Shown piece after piece: positions 25,401 through 37,119 of a stretch of DNA of 64,000 bases. Source of the stretch: Squalus acanthias (lineage: Eukaryota); NCBI GenBank assembly GCA_030390025.1, contig CM059431.1, positions 94,614,001-94,678,000 of the forward strand, read 5' to 3'. The notes beneath the pieces were generated by a model. That model did not search any database and had not been told where the DNA came from. It saw only the letters and a program-made list of their open reading frames with translations. How positions within the stretch are numbered: the first letter of the stretch is position 1; each line of letters opens with the position of its first letter. The position numbers and the translations under genes are program-made.

Positions 25401-25882
25401 CATAACTGAAGGAGAGAGAGGTAGACAGATATGGCAGACAGAAAGATAGGGAGCCATGAAGGAGATAGATGTAGATAGAAGTGATCAGGAAAGGTAGATT
25501 GAAGAGAAGGAGACTGAGGTAGCCAGAAGAGAAAGAGTGTGAAGTAGACAGAAGTGAAGGAGAGAGAGATAGAAAGAAGTAATAGGGAGAGGTAAACAGA
25601 AGAGTAGGAGAGTGAGGTAGACAGGTGTGAAGTAGAGACATAAACAGAAGTGATGAGGAAAGATAGACAGAAGAAAGGGAGAGAGAAAGATAGACTGATG
25701 TGAAGGAGACAGATATAGACAGATGTGAAGGAGAGAGAGGTAGACTGAATATATATGGTATATATGGGGAGAGGTAGATGTAATAGAGCCACCTGGTGGA
25801 CGACTGATGTACATAATAATAAGGCGATGTGTTCTTACCGGATGCCGTGTTGTGCTGTTATATATATATATATATATATATA

Positions 25883-27455
25883 GGCTGATAAATCCCCAGG
25901 GACTGATAATCTACATCCTAGGGTACTTAAGGAAGTGGCCCTAGACATAGTAGATGCATTGCTGGTCATCTTCCAAAATTCTATAGACTCTGGAATAGTT
26001 CCCATGGATTGTAGGGTAGCTAATGTAACCCCACTATTTAAAAAAGGTGGGAGAGAGAAAACGGGGAATTATAGTGGGGAAAATGCTAGAGTCCATTATA
26101 AAAGATGTAATAGCAGAGCACTTGGAAAACAGTGACAGGATCGGACAAAGTCAACATGGATTTACAAAAGGTAAATCATGCTTGACTAATCTACTGGAAT
26201 TTTTTGAAGATGTAACTGGTAGAATAGATAAGGGAGAACCAGTGGATGTGGTGTATTTGGACTTTCAGAAGGCTTTCGATAAGGTCCCGCACAAGAGATT
26301 AGCGAGCAAAGTTAAAGCAGATGGGATTGGGGGTAAGGTACTGACTTGGATAGAGAACTGGTTGGCAGACAGGAAGCAAAGAGTTGGAATAAACGGGTCT
26401 TTTTCCGAGTGGCAGGCAGAGACTAGAGGGGCACCGCAGGGATCGGTGCTAGGACCCCAGTTATTCACAATATATATAAATGATCTAGACGAGGGAACTC
26501 GATGTAATATCTCCAAGTTTGCAGACGACACAAAGCTGGGTGGGCGTGTGTGTTGTGAGGAGGATGCAGAGAAACTCCAGTATGATTTGGACAAGTTGGG
26601 TGATTGAGCAGATGCATGGCAGATGCAGTATAATGTGGATAAATGCGAGGTTATCCACTTCGGTGGCAAAAACAGGAAGGCAGATTATTATCTGAACGGC
26701 AATAGATTGGGAAAAGGGGAAGTGCAATGAGACCTGGGAGTCCTTGTGCACCAGTCGTTGAAGGTAAGCATGCAGGTGCAGCAGGTGGTTAAGAAGGCAA
26801 ATGGTATGTTGGCCTTCATAGCGAGAGGATTCGAGTACAGGAACAAGGATGTCTTGCTGCAGTTGTACAGGGCCTTGGTGAGACCACACCTTGAGTATTG
26901 TGTGCAGTTTTGGTCGTCTTATCTGAGGAAGTATGTTCTTGCCATGGAGGGAGTGCAGCGAAGATTCACCAGACTGATACCTGGGATGGCAGGAATGACG
27001 TATGAAGAGAGATTGGGACGATTGGGCTTGTATTCGCTAGAGTTTAGAAGAATGAGAGGGTATCTCATTGAAACTTATAAAATTCTAACAGGACTAGACA
27101 GACTAGATGCAGGAAGGATGTTCCTGATGGTGGGGAAGTCCAGAACCAGGGGTCACAGTCTAAGAATAAGGGGTAAACCATTTAGGACTGAGATGAGGAG
27201 GAATTTCTTGACCCAGAGAGTGGTGAACCTGTGGAATTCTCTACCACAGAAGGCAGTTGAGGCCAATTCATTAAATATATTCAAGAAGGAGTTAGATATA
27301 TTTCTTAAGGCTAAAGGGATCAAGGGATATGGGGAGAAAACAGGGACAGGGTACTGAATTTGGATGATCAGCCATGATCTCATTGAATGGTGGAGCAGGC
27401 TCGAGGGGCCGAATGGCCTATTCCTGCTCCTATCTTCTATGTTTCTATGTTTCTA
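25883..27455 (+). mobile_element. CR1 LINE (RT to tail) inserted at a (TA)n run inside the Gypsy 5' LTR
   Basis: ORFs 26047..26607 and 26746..27357 with a TTCTATGT tail. Very similar to 54405-56675. Confidence 0.92.
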
Positions 27456-29088
27456 TGCTGTGTCCCAAGATATCACAGAATTGGCGATGAGGATGCGATT
27501 GCGGATTCCCTAGCTGAAATTTTTGTTGGAGGATAATCCTGCCAACCGACAGAGGGACTGTTGGAGGTTCTTTATTTTGCAGAAAAACGTAACAATCCGA
27601 GGTAAATTTCGAGCAGACGTGGCTGAACTGTCGACGTTGCCAGAGTCCAGATGGCTGCGCCTATGGGAATAATAGAGCACTTGGGTGAGTTCCATCATGA
27701 TCGAGAGACTTTCAGAGCGTATGTGGAGTGGCTAGAAATGTTTTTCACCGTGAATAGTATTGTTGAAGACCCAGATGATGTAAACCGTAACCAGGCGGTT
27801 TTAGAAATGAAATGGGCTTTTTTTTTTGACTGAAGCAGGCCCCGAGGTGTATGAAACCCTGAAAAATATGATTGTTCCCGCCAAGCCGAAGAACACGCCA
27901 CTGAAGGAGATCCTAACTAAGCTAGAACAGCACTACAGTCCTGAGCCCCTGGAAATTGCTGAAAGTTATCGTTTTGGAACACGCAATCAATTAAACGATG
28001 AGGATATCAGTGAGTACATTGTAGCTTTAAAAAAGCTATCCATTCACTGTCATTTCAGAAACTATCAGGGCCGAGCTTTGCATGACCGCTTTGTTTGTGG
28101 GTTGCAAAATGAACGTATCAGAAGTAAATTGTTGACAACCCCTAACTTGACTTTTGACTTAGCTTGTCAAACAGCTATGTCGGTGGATATGGCCGACCGA
28201 CACACCCGAGAGTTCCGCGCCATTTCCAGTCGTCAGACGACCGAGGTGAATCGGCAGCAGGCTAAAAGTAAAAGGCAGTTGGGCCCCAAGACCTCAGCAA
28301 CTGGCCAAGGTAACAGTGCATTGAAGTCGTGCTATTGATGCCTGGGACAAAACATCGCTTAAAGCTGTCCATATGTGAAGGCAGAGTGTTTCTATTGCAA
28401 GAAAACTGGGCATCTTGCGAAGGTGTGCCAACTGAAGAGTAAACCGACTGGCAATGCTAGAAGTAGAAATCGCCAGACACTACATACCATTGAAGAGAAG
28501 CAGCAGGACGAGGAGTTTCTGGAGATTCACGTCATCAGGAGCACGAAGGTATCTAACAGCGATTCGCGAGGTATCGTCATCCAAGCAGATGTCGCAGGAG
28601 CCAGGATACCCATGGAAAACGACATTGGTGCATCCATGAGTGTAGTACCGGAATCATTATATCGCAACAAGTTGCGTGATTATCGACTAGAGAAATCGAA
28701 GGTAGAGCTGCGAGGCTACTCAGGAGAGCAAATCCCTGTAGTCAGAAGTGTCACCATACCAGTGAAATACAAGAATCAGTGTCAGAGCTTGCCTCTCATA
28801 GTAGTGGCAGGAGACAAGCCTGCCTTGATAGGTAGAAATTGGTTGGGATCACTGAAGCTGGATTGGAATGAGATTTTTCGTGTGGAAGTGAAATTTGCAT
28901 CGAAAGATGATGTCATCAAGCTGTATCCGGAGGTGTTCAGTGAAAAGGGCAGTCCGATCCAAGACTTCAAGGCGAGTGTCAGAGTGCAGAAGGACGTAAG
29001 ACCGGTTTACTGCAAGCCAGGTCCCGTACCATATGCACTCAAGGCGAAAGTTGAGCAAGAACTCAAAAGACTAGAAACTGAGAACATT

Positions 29089-29563
29089 GGGCCAGAAATT
29101 CGGCTCTCCGGCTTCCCGCGGGTGTAAGGATCGCGCGCGTACTTACCTAGCGCGCCTACCATTGTGCTTTGGGCCCGTGTTGAATTCGGCTCCTGGGCCT
29201 CCTGCAGCTGCCGGCGCGCAGTGCTTGCATATCCCAGGGGCGCAGTTAGTTTGAAGCGTCCCCTGGGATCACGTGGGCCATGGAGAGCCAATCGGAGCAG
29301 GGAATCTTCATTCATAGATTTGACAGGAAGACCTGTCAAATCTATGAATAGAGATCGGCCCCAAAACCTCACTAAAACTTCAAATAAATTTTTTAAAAAT
29401 CACATTTTTAAAATAACTATAAATTACATAAATTAACTACCTAAACAAAAATTTTAATTTTTGAAAAAATTAATTACACTTTTTAACAGTGCTAAAAATA
29501 AACTTACCTTTCTTTAAAGTATGTAAAAAAGATAAACCTGTTGAAAAATTTTTTAAATTATAC
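29089..29563. mobile_element. Truncated GGCCC-family MITE within Gypsy pol
   Basis: Begins GGGCCAGAAATT and resembles the reverse complement of ~3890-4361. The second TIR is absent. Confidence 0.75.
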
Positions 29564-31957
29564 TGGATGCAATCAGAAATGCACCCACTCCCAAGAATGT
29601 CTCTGAACTTCGATTATTTTTGGGTCTTTTGAATTATTACGGAAAGTTCCTCCCAAACTTGGCTACATTGTTACATCCACTGAATGAGCTGTTGAGAAAA
29701 CAGGTCCCTTGGAAGTGGTCAAAAGAATGAGACACAGCATTCAAAGAGTGTAAAAGCCAGTTAGTAGAGAGTACCATGTTAGTTCACTATGATGTATCTA
29801 AGGAGATCAAGCTAGTGTGTGACGCCTCTCCGTACGGAGTTGGGGCAGTGATCGCTCATGTACTAGATAGTGGGGAGGAGAGACCAATTGCTTTTGCTTC
29901 ACGCACTGTCAGTGCCAGTGAGTGGAATTATGCGCAGATCGAAAGGGAAGCTTTGCCATTGATTTTTGGGGTCAAGAAGTTTCACAAATACTTGTTTGGT
30001 CGTAAGTTTACCATAGTAAGCCCGACAGCAATCCTCCAACCAAAGTCCCCAGTTCTAACCTTAGCTGTAGCCTGAATGCAGAGATGGGCTTTGATTTTGT
30101 CAGCGTATACGTATGACATTGAGTACAGACGATCAGCTGATCACAGTAATGCTGATGCTATGTCCAGGTTGCTATCCCCATCACAAGTTACACCCAATAA
30201 GGAAGAAGTGTTCTTTTTCTCCTACATTGATGAGTTGCCAGTCACAGCTGAAGAGATTGGTATGGCAACCAAACGTGACCCAATTATGTCAAAGGTGTAT
30301 GATTACATAGCAAATGGATGGCCAAACCAGGTATCAGAGGAAGATGTCCATCCATACTTCGCTCGTAGGAATGAATTGTCAGTGGATAATGATTGTATCA
30401 TGTAGGGAGCAAGTGTGGTTATCCCAAATAGGTTCAGGTCCAAATTGTTAGGAGATCTTCATGACCAGCACCTGGGAATGTGCTTGACCAAGAGCTTTGC
30501 ATGCAGTTACTTATGGTGGCCAGGTTTAGATAAAGAGATAGAGTACATAGTCAGTCAGTGTACAACATGTCAATTGGTGAGCAAGAAACCACCATCAGTA
30601 CCATTACAGCCATGGAGATGGCCTCCCAGAGTGTGGCAAAGTTTAGCTGTAGATTTTGCTGAGCTAGAAGGACAGCAATTGTTCATAGTTATAGATAGTC
30701 ACTCGAAGTGGGTAGAGATGTTTCCGATGCGGATAATAACAACAAGCAAAACGCTAGACAATTTGCGAAGATTTTTTTCTTCATACAGCCTTCCAGAAGA
30801 AATTGTGTCTGATAATGGGCTTCAATTTTGTTCAGAAGAGTTCACACAGTTCATGAGCAGAAACGGTGTGAAACATACCAAAGTTAAACCGTACCACCCT
30901 GCTTCAAATGGTGCAGCAGAGCACACAGTATAAATTGTCAAATGTGCCCTCATCAAGCAAATGTTGGATCCAAATCCAAAGAAACATCAGTGGTCGTTGG
31001 ACCACAAACTGGCAAATTTTCTGATTACTCCTCATACCACTACTGGTAGGAAAGCAGCAGAGTTGTTTCTCAAACGACAGCCACGAACCAGGTTCTCGTT
31101 GTTAAAGCCAAACTTGGCACAGTCTGTAGAAGAGAAACAATCAATGCAGAAAGAGAGTCATGATAAAAGTAAAGTTAGAGAGTGAAGTGTGAAGTTGAAC
31201 CAGGAGGTTAGAGTGAAGAACCATCACCATAAATGGTTAAAGTGGTTACCAGGAAGAGTAGTGAAGATATGTGGCCCTTGCACATATTTGGTCAAGATGT
31301 TTGATCATGGAAAGGTTAGGTTTGTTCACATTGATCATATCTTACCTACAGATGTGGAAGGAGTTGAAAGATGGGATGATTCAATTTATTCTGATCAGTC
31401 AGATAGTCTTGTACAAGTCGCAAATCAGATGTACCAGAAACAAGTCCAAGACAAAGTCAGAATTTTAGCCTACTCCTGCTCCTATTTCTTATGTTCTTAT
31501 ATAAGTCTGAGCCCGAGTCAGGCAGACAAACAGTCTGAAAGTGTAAAGAGTCCAAATGTAGATCAAAGTCAGCCCTTGGAGAAAAATTCTCCGCATGCTC
31601 GGCCTAGAATAAGTCCTACAACAAGATCTGAAAGTTCTATTCAAGAAAGAAGGTATCCTCTTTGAAACAGAAAACCAGTGGTTAAGTTTAATCTGTAAAT
31701 GTGGAAAATAAGTTCATATCTTTTGTTTGTGTTATAGAATGCTATAGTAGAAGTTGGAAACATAAAATGGGTTCCATTTGAGAAATGTGTATACCATGCA
31801 AGTCATGTACAATGATTATTTGCTATGATTAACTTCTTCAATAAGGAGGGAGAAGTATAATAGCGCCACCTGGTGGACTACTGATGTATATAATAATAAA
31901 GTCATGTGCAGTACAGTTGTGCTGTTGTATACATATGCTTTGTCCCAAGATATCACA

Positions 31958-32920
31958 GTAGACACAAGAGAAGGAGAGTGAGGTAGACAGAACTAAAGGA
32001 GAGAGATGTGAACAGAAGTGAACTGGAGCGAGGTTGACAGAAGTGATGTAGAGTGAGGTAGACAGAAGAGAAGGAGCGTGAAGTAGATAGAAGTGAAGGA
32101 GAGTGGCAGACAGAGGTGAAAGAGATAGAGGTGGATAGAAGTGATGGGGAGATGTGGATAGAAGTGATGGAGGGAGAGGTAGACAGATGTAAAGTAGAGA
32201 GGTGGACAGTAGTGAAGGATAGAGGTGGACAGAAATGAAGGCGAGTGAGGTAGACAGAAGTAATAGGAAGAGGTATTCAGAAGTAATAGGGTGAGACAGA
32301 CAGAAGTGATTGGGAGACAGAGACAGAAGTGAAGGAGAGAGTGGTGGACATAAGTGCTGGAGAGAGGTAGACAGAAGTGAAGAGTGAGTTAAACAGAAGA
32401 GAATGATAGTGAGATAGGCAGATGTGAAGGATTACTAGACAGAATTGAAGGAGAGAAGAAGACAGAAGTAAAGGGGAAAAATGTGGATAGAAGTGAAGGA
32501 GAGATGTAGATAGTTGTTAAGGAGGAGTGAGAATGTCAGAAGTGAAGGGGAGAGGTAGACATATGTGAAAGACAAGGAAGTAGCCAGAAGTGCAGGATAG
32601 AGAAGTGTACAGAACTGATACGGAGATGTAGACAGAAGTGATGGGGAGAGTTAGACAGAAGGGAAGGAGAGCACAGTAGACAGAAGAGCAGTAAAAAGAT
32701 AGACAGAAGTGATGAGAATAGGTAGGCAGAAGTGAAGGAGTTAGAGATGGACTGATGTGAAGAGTGAAGTAAACAGAATTGAAGGAGGGAGGCAGACAAG
32801 GGTTAAGCGACAGGGATGGATGAAAGTGAAGGGAAGAGATATAAACAGGAGTAAAAGAGAAAAGTTTGGATAGAAGTGAAGGGGAGAACTACACAGAAAT
32901 GATGGAGAAGAATGTAGACA
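31958..32920 (+). repeat. Purine-rich minisatellite, block 5
   Basis: Degenerate copies of the same unit. Confidence 0.85.
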
Positions 32921-33165
32921 TATTGGCCCGTATTTTCCGATTGCAGGCCTATGATCTGGAAAAATCTACGCCCTTACCTGAGGGCTCCTGGGACACACAC
33001 GCTTCCGATCCTGGGCCTCTCCAAACTCCAAGTGCGCAGGGCCCACGTATCCCAGAGGCGCATGTAGTTTGCAGCGTCCCTGGGATCACGTGGGCCATGG
33101 GGAGACAATCAAAGAAGGGAATCTCCCTTCACACACTTGACAGGAAGACCTGTCAAATATATGAT

Positions 33166-33465
33166 AGCAAAATACTGCGGATGCTGGAAATCTGAAATAA
33201 CAACAGAAAACGCTGGAAAAACTCAACAGGTCAGGCAGCATCCGTGGAGAGAGAAACAGAGTTAACGTTTCAGGTCAAAGACCTTTCGTCAGAACTGGAA
33301 AAAAGCAGGAAATGGAACAGATTTTAAAGCAAGTTTAGGGGCTGGGAAATGGGGGAGGGGATGAAAGAACAAAAGGGAAGGTCAGTGAAAGGATGGAAGG
33401 CAGGAGAAGTAAAGAGGCATTAAGAGATATTCAAGGCAAGAGGAGATGGTCATGGGACAGGTTAA
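33166..33465 (-). mobile_element. Penelope-like element 3' fragment
   Basis: The minus strand carries a hammerhead core followed by GATGCTGCCTGACCTG...TCCAGCATCCGCAGTATTTTG. It interrupts the MITE. Confidence 0.7.
33260..33296 (-). ncRNA. Minimal type I hammerhead ribozyme motif
   Basis: Minus strand reads AGTT-CTGACGA-A-AGGTC(TTT)GACCT-GAAA-CG-TT-AACT: stem I AGTT/AACT, stem II AGGTC/GACCT, palindromic ACGT. Confidence 0.75.
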
Positions 33466-33976
33466 ATATATGAATGGAGATCACCCCAGAAACATAGTAA
33501 AACTTTAAATAAAGTAAAAAAAAAAATCACTTTTTTTAAATGACTTGAAATTACAATAAATTAAGTATTTTGAACAAAAATTAAATTTTTTGAAAAAAAT
33601 AATTAAAATTTTTTACGGGGCTGAAAAATAAACTTACCTTTTCTTAAAGTATTTTTAAAAGATAAATCAGTGAAAAAATGTTTTTTTTAACTTTTTTCAA
33701 CTCTTATCCTGGTAAAAGCAGGCCTTACGCCTGCTTTTACCAGGCGCAAGAATTGTAAGTGTTTTCTGCAGGTGGAGGGTCTCCAAAAAGCGGAACTATC
33801 CGCCCGCAGAGGCCCTTCTCCAGGGCAGCCAGAGGATCTGTCAAGACCATTCCTGACAGATCGGAAATGCCGATTTACAGCACCTGCGCAGTGCATGCCT
33901 GAAACCGGCATTTCCGATGTCCCTACGGGTGGGTACACAGCGCGTACACACCCGTAGGGATCGGATTATCTGGGCC

Positions 33977-35975
33977 AAGGAGATAGAGAGTGACAGAAGT
34001 GAACAAGAGAGGTAGGCAGATGTTAAGGGTGAGAGAGGTGGGTACAAGTGATTAAGAAGGAGAGCGGTATCAGCGGAAGTGAAGAGAAGAGAGTTAGACA
34101 GAAGCAATGGGGAAAGAGGTGGATAGAAGTGAAGAAAATAGGGCTAGATAGACGTGGACAAAGGTGAAGGCGAGCAGGTAGACAGAAGTGAAGGAGAGCT
34201 GTAAGCTGAAATGAAGGAGAGAGATGTAGATAGAAGAAATGAGGATAGGTAGACAGAAATGAAGGAGCAAGGAAGACAGAGGTGAAGAGAGAGAGAGAGG
34301 TAGACAGAAATCAAGGAGAGGTGGATAGAAGTGATGGGGAGAGATAAACAGAAGTGAAGGAGAATGTGGTAGACAGAGGCGTAAAAGAGCGAGCGAGGCA
34401 GAAGTGAAGGGAAGAGGAGAGAGGTAGACAGAAGTGAAGGAGAAAGAGATAGCCAAGTGATAGGGAAAGTTGGTCAAAAGTGAATGAGAGGGACGTAGAC
34501 AGAAATTCACAGATTCCCCACAATGCAGATAGAGGCCATTTCGGCCCATCGAGCCTGCACCGACACATATCCCACCCTATCCCCGTAACCCCACATATTT
34601 AATCCCCCTAACACGAAGGGTCAATTTATCATAGCCAAATCAACCTAACCCGCACATCTTTGGACTGTGGGAGGAAACCGGAGCACCCGGAGGAAACCCA
34701 CACAGACACGGGGAAAATGTGCAAACTCCACACAGACAGTCACCCGAGGCCAAATTCGAACCCAGGTCCCTGGCGCTGTGAGGCAACAGTGCTAACCACT
34801 ATGCCACCGTGTTGCCAAATGATGGAGAGAGAGGTAGACAGAAGTGAAGGGGAGAGAGATAGACAGAAGTGATGTGGAGAGGTAGACAGAGGTGATGTGG
34901 AGAGGTAGGCAGAGGTGATGTGGAGAGATAGACAGAGGTGATGTGGAGAGGTAGACAGAGGTGATGTGGAGAGGTAGACAGAAGTGATGTGGAGAGATAG
35001 ACAGAGGTGATGTGGAGAGATAGACAGAAGTGATGTGGAGAGGTAGACAGAGGTGATGTGGAGAGGTAGGCAGAGGTGATGTGGAGAGATAGACAGAGGT
35101 GATGTAGAGAGATAGACAGAGGTGATGTGGAGAGATAGACAGAAGTGATGTGGAGAGGTAGACAGAGGTGATGTGGAGAGGTAGGCAGAGGTGATGTGGA
35201 GAGATAGACAGAGGTGATGTGGAGAGGTAGACAGAAGTGATGTGGAGAGGTAGGCAGAGGTGATGTGGAGAGGTAGACAGAAGTGATGTGGAGAGATAGA
35301 CAGAAGTGATGTGGAGAGGTAGACAGAGGTGATGTGGAGAGGTAGACAGAAGTGATGTGGAGAGATAGACAGAGGTGATGTGGAGAGAAATATAGAAAGA
35401 ACTGAAGGAGAAAGAGGTAGACAGAAATAAAAGTGAGAGAAGTAGACAGAAGTGATGGGGAGCGTGTTGGACAGAAATGAAGGAGAAAGCAGTAGAGAGA
35501 TGTGATGGAGCGACGTAGCCAAAAGTGAAGGAGAGCAGGTAGACAGAAGTGAAGGAGAGCTGTAGGTGGAAGTGAAGGAGAGAGATGAAGACAGAAGTAA
35601 TGAGGATAGGTAGACAGAAGTGAAGGAGCGAGGAAGACAGAGGTGAAGAGAGAGAGAGAGAGTGAGCAGGAGAGCTGGTCAAAGAGAATGTTAGAGACAT
35701 AGACAGAAGTGATGGGAGATAGGTAGCCAGAAGTGGAGAGAGAGATAGACAGAAGTGATGATGGAGGTAGACAGACGAGAAGGAGAGTGAAGTAGACAGA
35801 AATTAATTAGAGAGTGATATACAGAGGTGAAGTGAGTGAGAGGTAGTCAGCTGATGGGGAGATGTAGGTTGAAGTGAAGGAGAGGGAGGTAGGCAGAAGT
35901 AAAAGAGAGAGGTGTAGGCAGAAGTAAAAGAGAGAGGTGTAGGCAGAAGTAAAGCAGAGGAAGGTAGGCAGAAGT
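33977..35975 (+). repeat. Purine-rich minisatellite, blocks 6-7, with a highly homogeneous 21-bp array at ~34860-35390
   Basis: Tandem GAGAG(G/A)TAG(A/G)CAGA(G/A)GTGATGTG, interrupted by a SINE. Confidence 0.9.
34506..34816 (-). mobile_element. V-SINE (HE1-like) with an alternative 3' tail
   Basis: Same tRNA head and V-domain as 21446-21874, but a shorter, different tail ending GGCCGAAATGGCCTCTATCTGCATTGTGGGGAATCTGTG. Confidence 0.85.
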
Positions 35976-37119
35976 GGTTTTTTAGACACAATTCGCCTGA
36001 AATCAGTGTAACCCACGCAAAAGATTCCCAAATTTTAAGCGCAAATTGCATTCAGCACAAATCGAGTTTCCGCGATCTTTTGCACTAGTTTAAGAAACAT
36101 CACTAGTTGCACTAGTTTAAGAAGAATCCGGCCCCAGCCCAGGCCCCAAAACTGGCCACGCCCACAGGATGAATGAATCACCATTGGGAGTTTCCGCTAA
36201 TTACGTTCATTTGTAGGGCTTCGAGGAGGCTATAAAAATTAAGCTGGTTCTTTGAGCGCAAGGACTCTCTTAGGCACCTTTTAAAAGCTTTTGAATGTAT
36301 TTTTTTTAATTTATTAAAAAACTGACTACTGTACCCCAATATAACTGGCAACACGGTGGCATAGTGGTTAGCACTGGTGCCTCACAGCGCCAGAGACCCG
36401 GGTTCGAATCTGACCTCGGGTGACTGTCTGTGTGGAGTTTGCACATTCTCCCCGTGTCTGCGTGGGTTTCCTCCGGGTGCTCCGGTTTCCTCCCACAGTC
36501 CAAAAATGTGCGGGTTAGGTTGATTTGGCTATGATAAATTGACCCTTAGTGTTAGGGGGGTGGGGTTATGGGGATAGGATGGGATAAGTTAGGGGGACTT
36601 AAATACGTGGGGTTACGGGGCTAGGGTGGGATATGTGTACTGTGGGGATTAAAGCAGGGACAGGGTACTGGATTTGAATGATCAGCCATGATCGTATTGA
36701 ATGGTGGAGCAGGCTCGACGGGCCGAATGGCCTACTCCTGCTCCTAGATTCTATGTTTCTATAACCAGCAAATGGTTCTGTATATTTTTTAAAAGACCTT
36801 TTCAGTGATTTAAAATCAGGTTACTGACAGGTGGTGAGTAAAAATGCTTATTTTTGTGATAAACCCTTTTTTAGATGTATTAATCAAACTGCACCAAGTT
36901 ACCACACTTAAATATATCAAAGAATATTTATTAACACCAATTTCTTTAAAAAAAAAATTTTAAATCGCTGCCCGATTGCGTGGGTCATGGCAAATTTTCT
37001 GTTCGGTGATATGCAAATGATTTTGAACGAAACGCCAAGAAAAGAAACACTTCTCAAAACAGGCGCAATTTTAGACGCAATTCGCGTCCGGATCACAGAT
37101 CGTGGCCTAAAGCTACACC
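35976..37119. mobile_element. Non-autonomous DNA element (probably Harbinger-type), left end unclear
   Basis: Homologous to 44245-44718. Both end AAA(G)CT.CA(GA)CC followed by ATA. Confidence 0.55.
36347..36760 (+). mobile_element. V-SINE (HE1-like)
   Basis: A/B boxes, V-domain and CR1 tail, with a TATAAC direct repeat. The empty site is visible in the paralog near 44361. Confidence 0.92.

Larger units (their letters stand above)
24989..25778 (+). repeat. Purine-rich minisatellite, block 4 (contains the Penelope-like insertion)
   Basis: Same GTAGACAGAAGTGAAGGAGA unit. Confidence 0.85.
25779..31957 (+). mobile_element. Gypsy/Ty3 LTR retrotransposon with both LTRs, degraded (gag, protease, RNase H, integrase; RT core missing)
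   Basis: 5' LTR 25779-27477 (split by a CR1) and 3' LTR 31856-31957 share GCCACCTGGTGGAC and TGTCCCAAGATATCACA. PBS TGGCGATGAG at ~27482, PPT AAGGAGGGAGAAG, flanking GTAGA direct repeat. Gag knuckle CFYCKKTGHLAKVC; integrase VSDNGLQF and PYHPASNGAAE. Confidence 0.92.
32925..33976. mobile_element. GGCCC-family MITE carrying a Penelope-like insertion
   Basis: Ends GGCCCGTATTTTCCGA / TCGGATTATCTGGGCC. Internal blocks are shared with 3601-4361. Confidence 0.75.

Noticed and set aside
23180..31957. Two adjacent Gypsy elements complementing each other (one retains RT, the other integrase)
   Set aside because: They have different LTRs and both carry multiple stops and frameshifts.
25774..31962. 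GTAGA TSD as proof that the two Gypsy LTRs derive from one insertion
   Set aside because: GTAGA occurs in nearly every satellite unit and the LTR middles differ, so it is only supportive. A recombinant origin is not excluded.
12947..35700. Many long minus-strand Ser/Leu/Pro/His/Phe-rich ORFs (e.g. 13006..13860, 34740..35522, 34792..35700)
   Set aside because: They are translations of the pyrimidine strand of the minisatellite, which is poor in stop codons and open in several frames.
36347..36425. tRNA genes (also at ~21800-21874, ~34745-34816, ~52325-52399)
   Set aside because: They are tRNA-derived SINE heads fused to a V-domain and a LINE tail.
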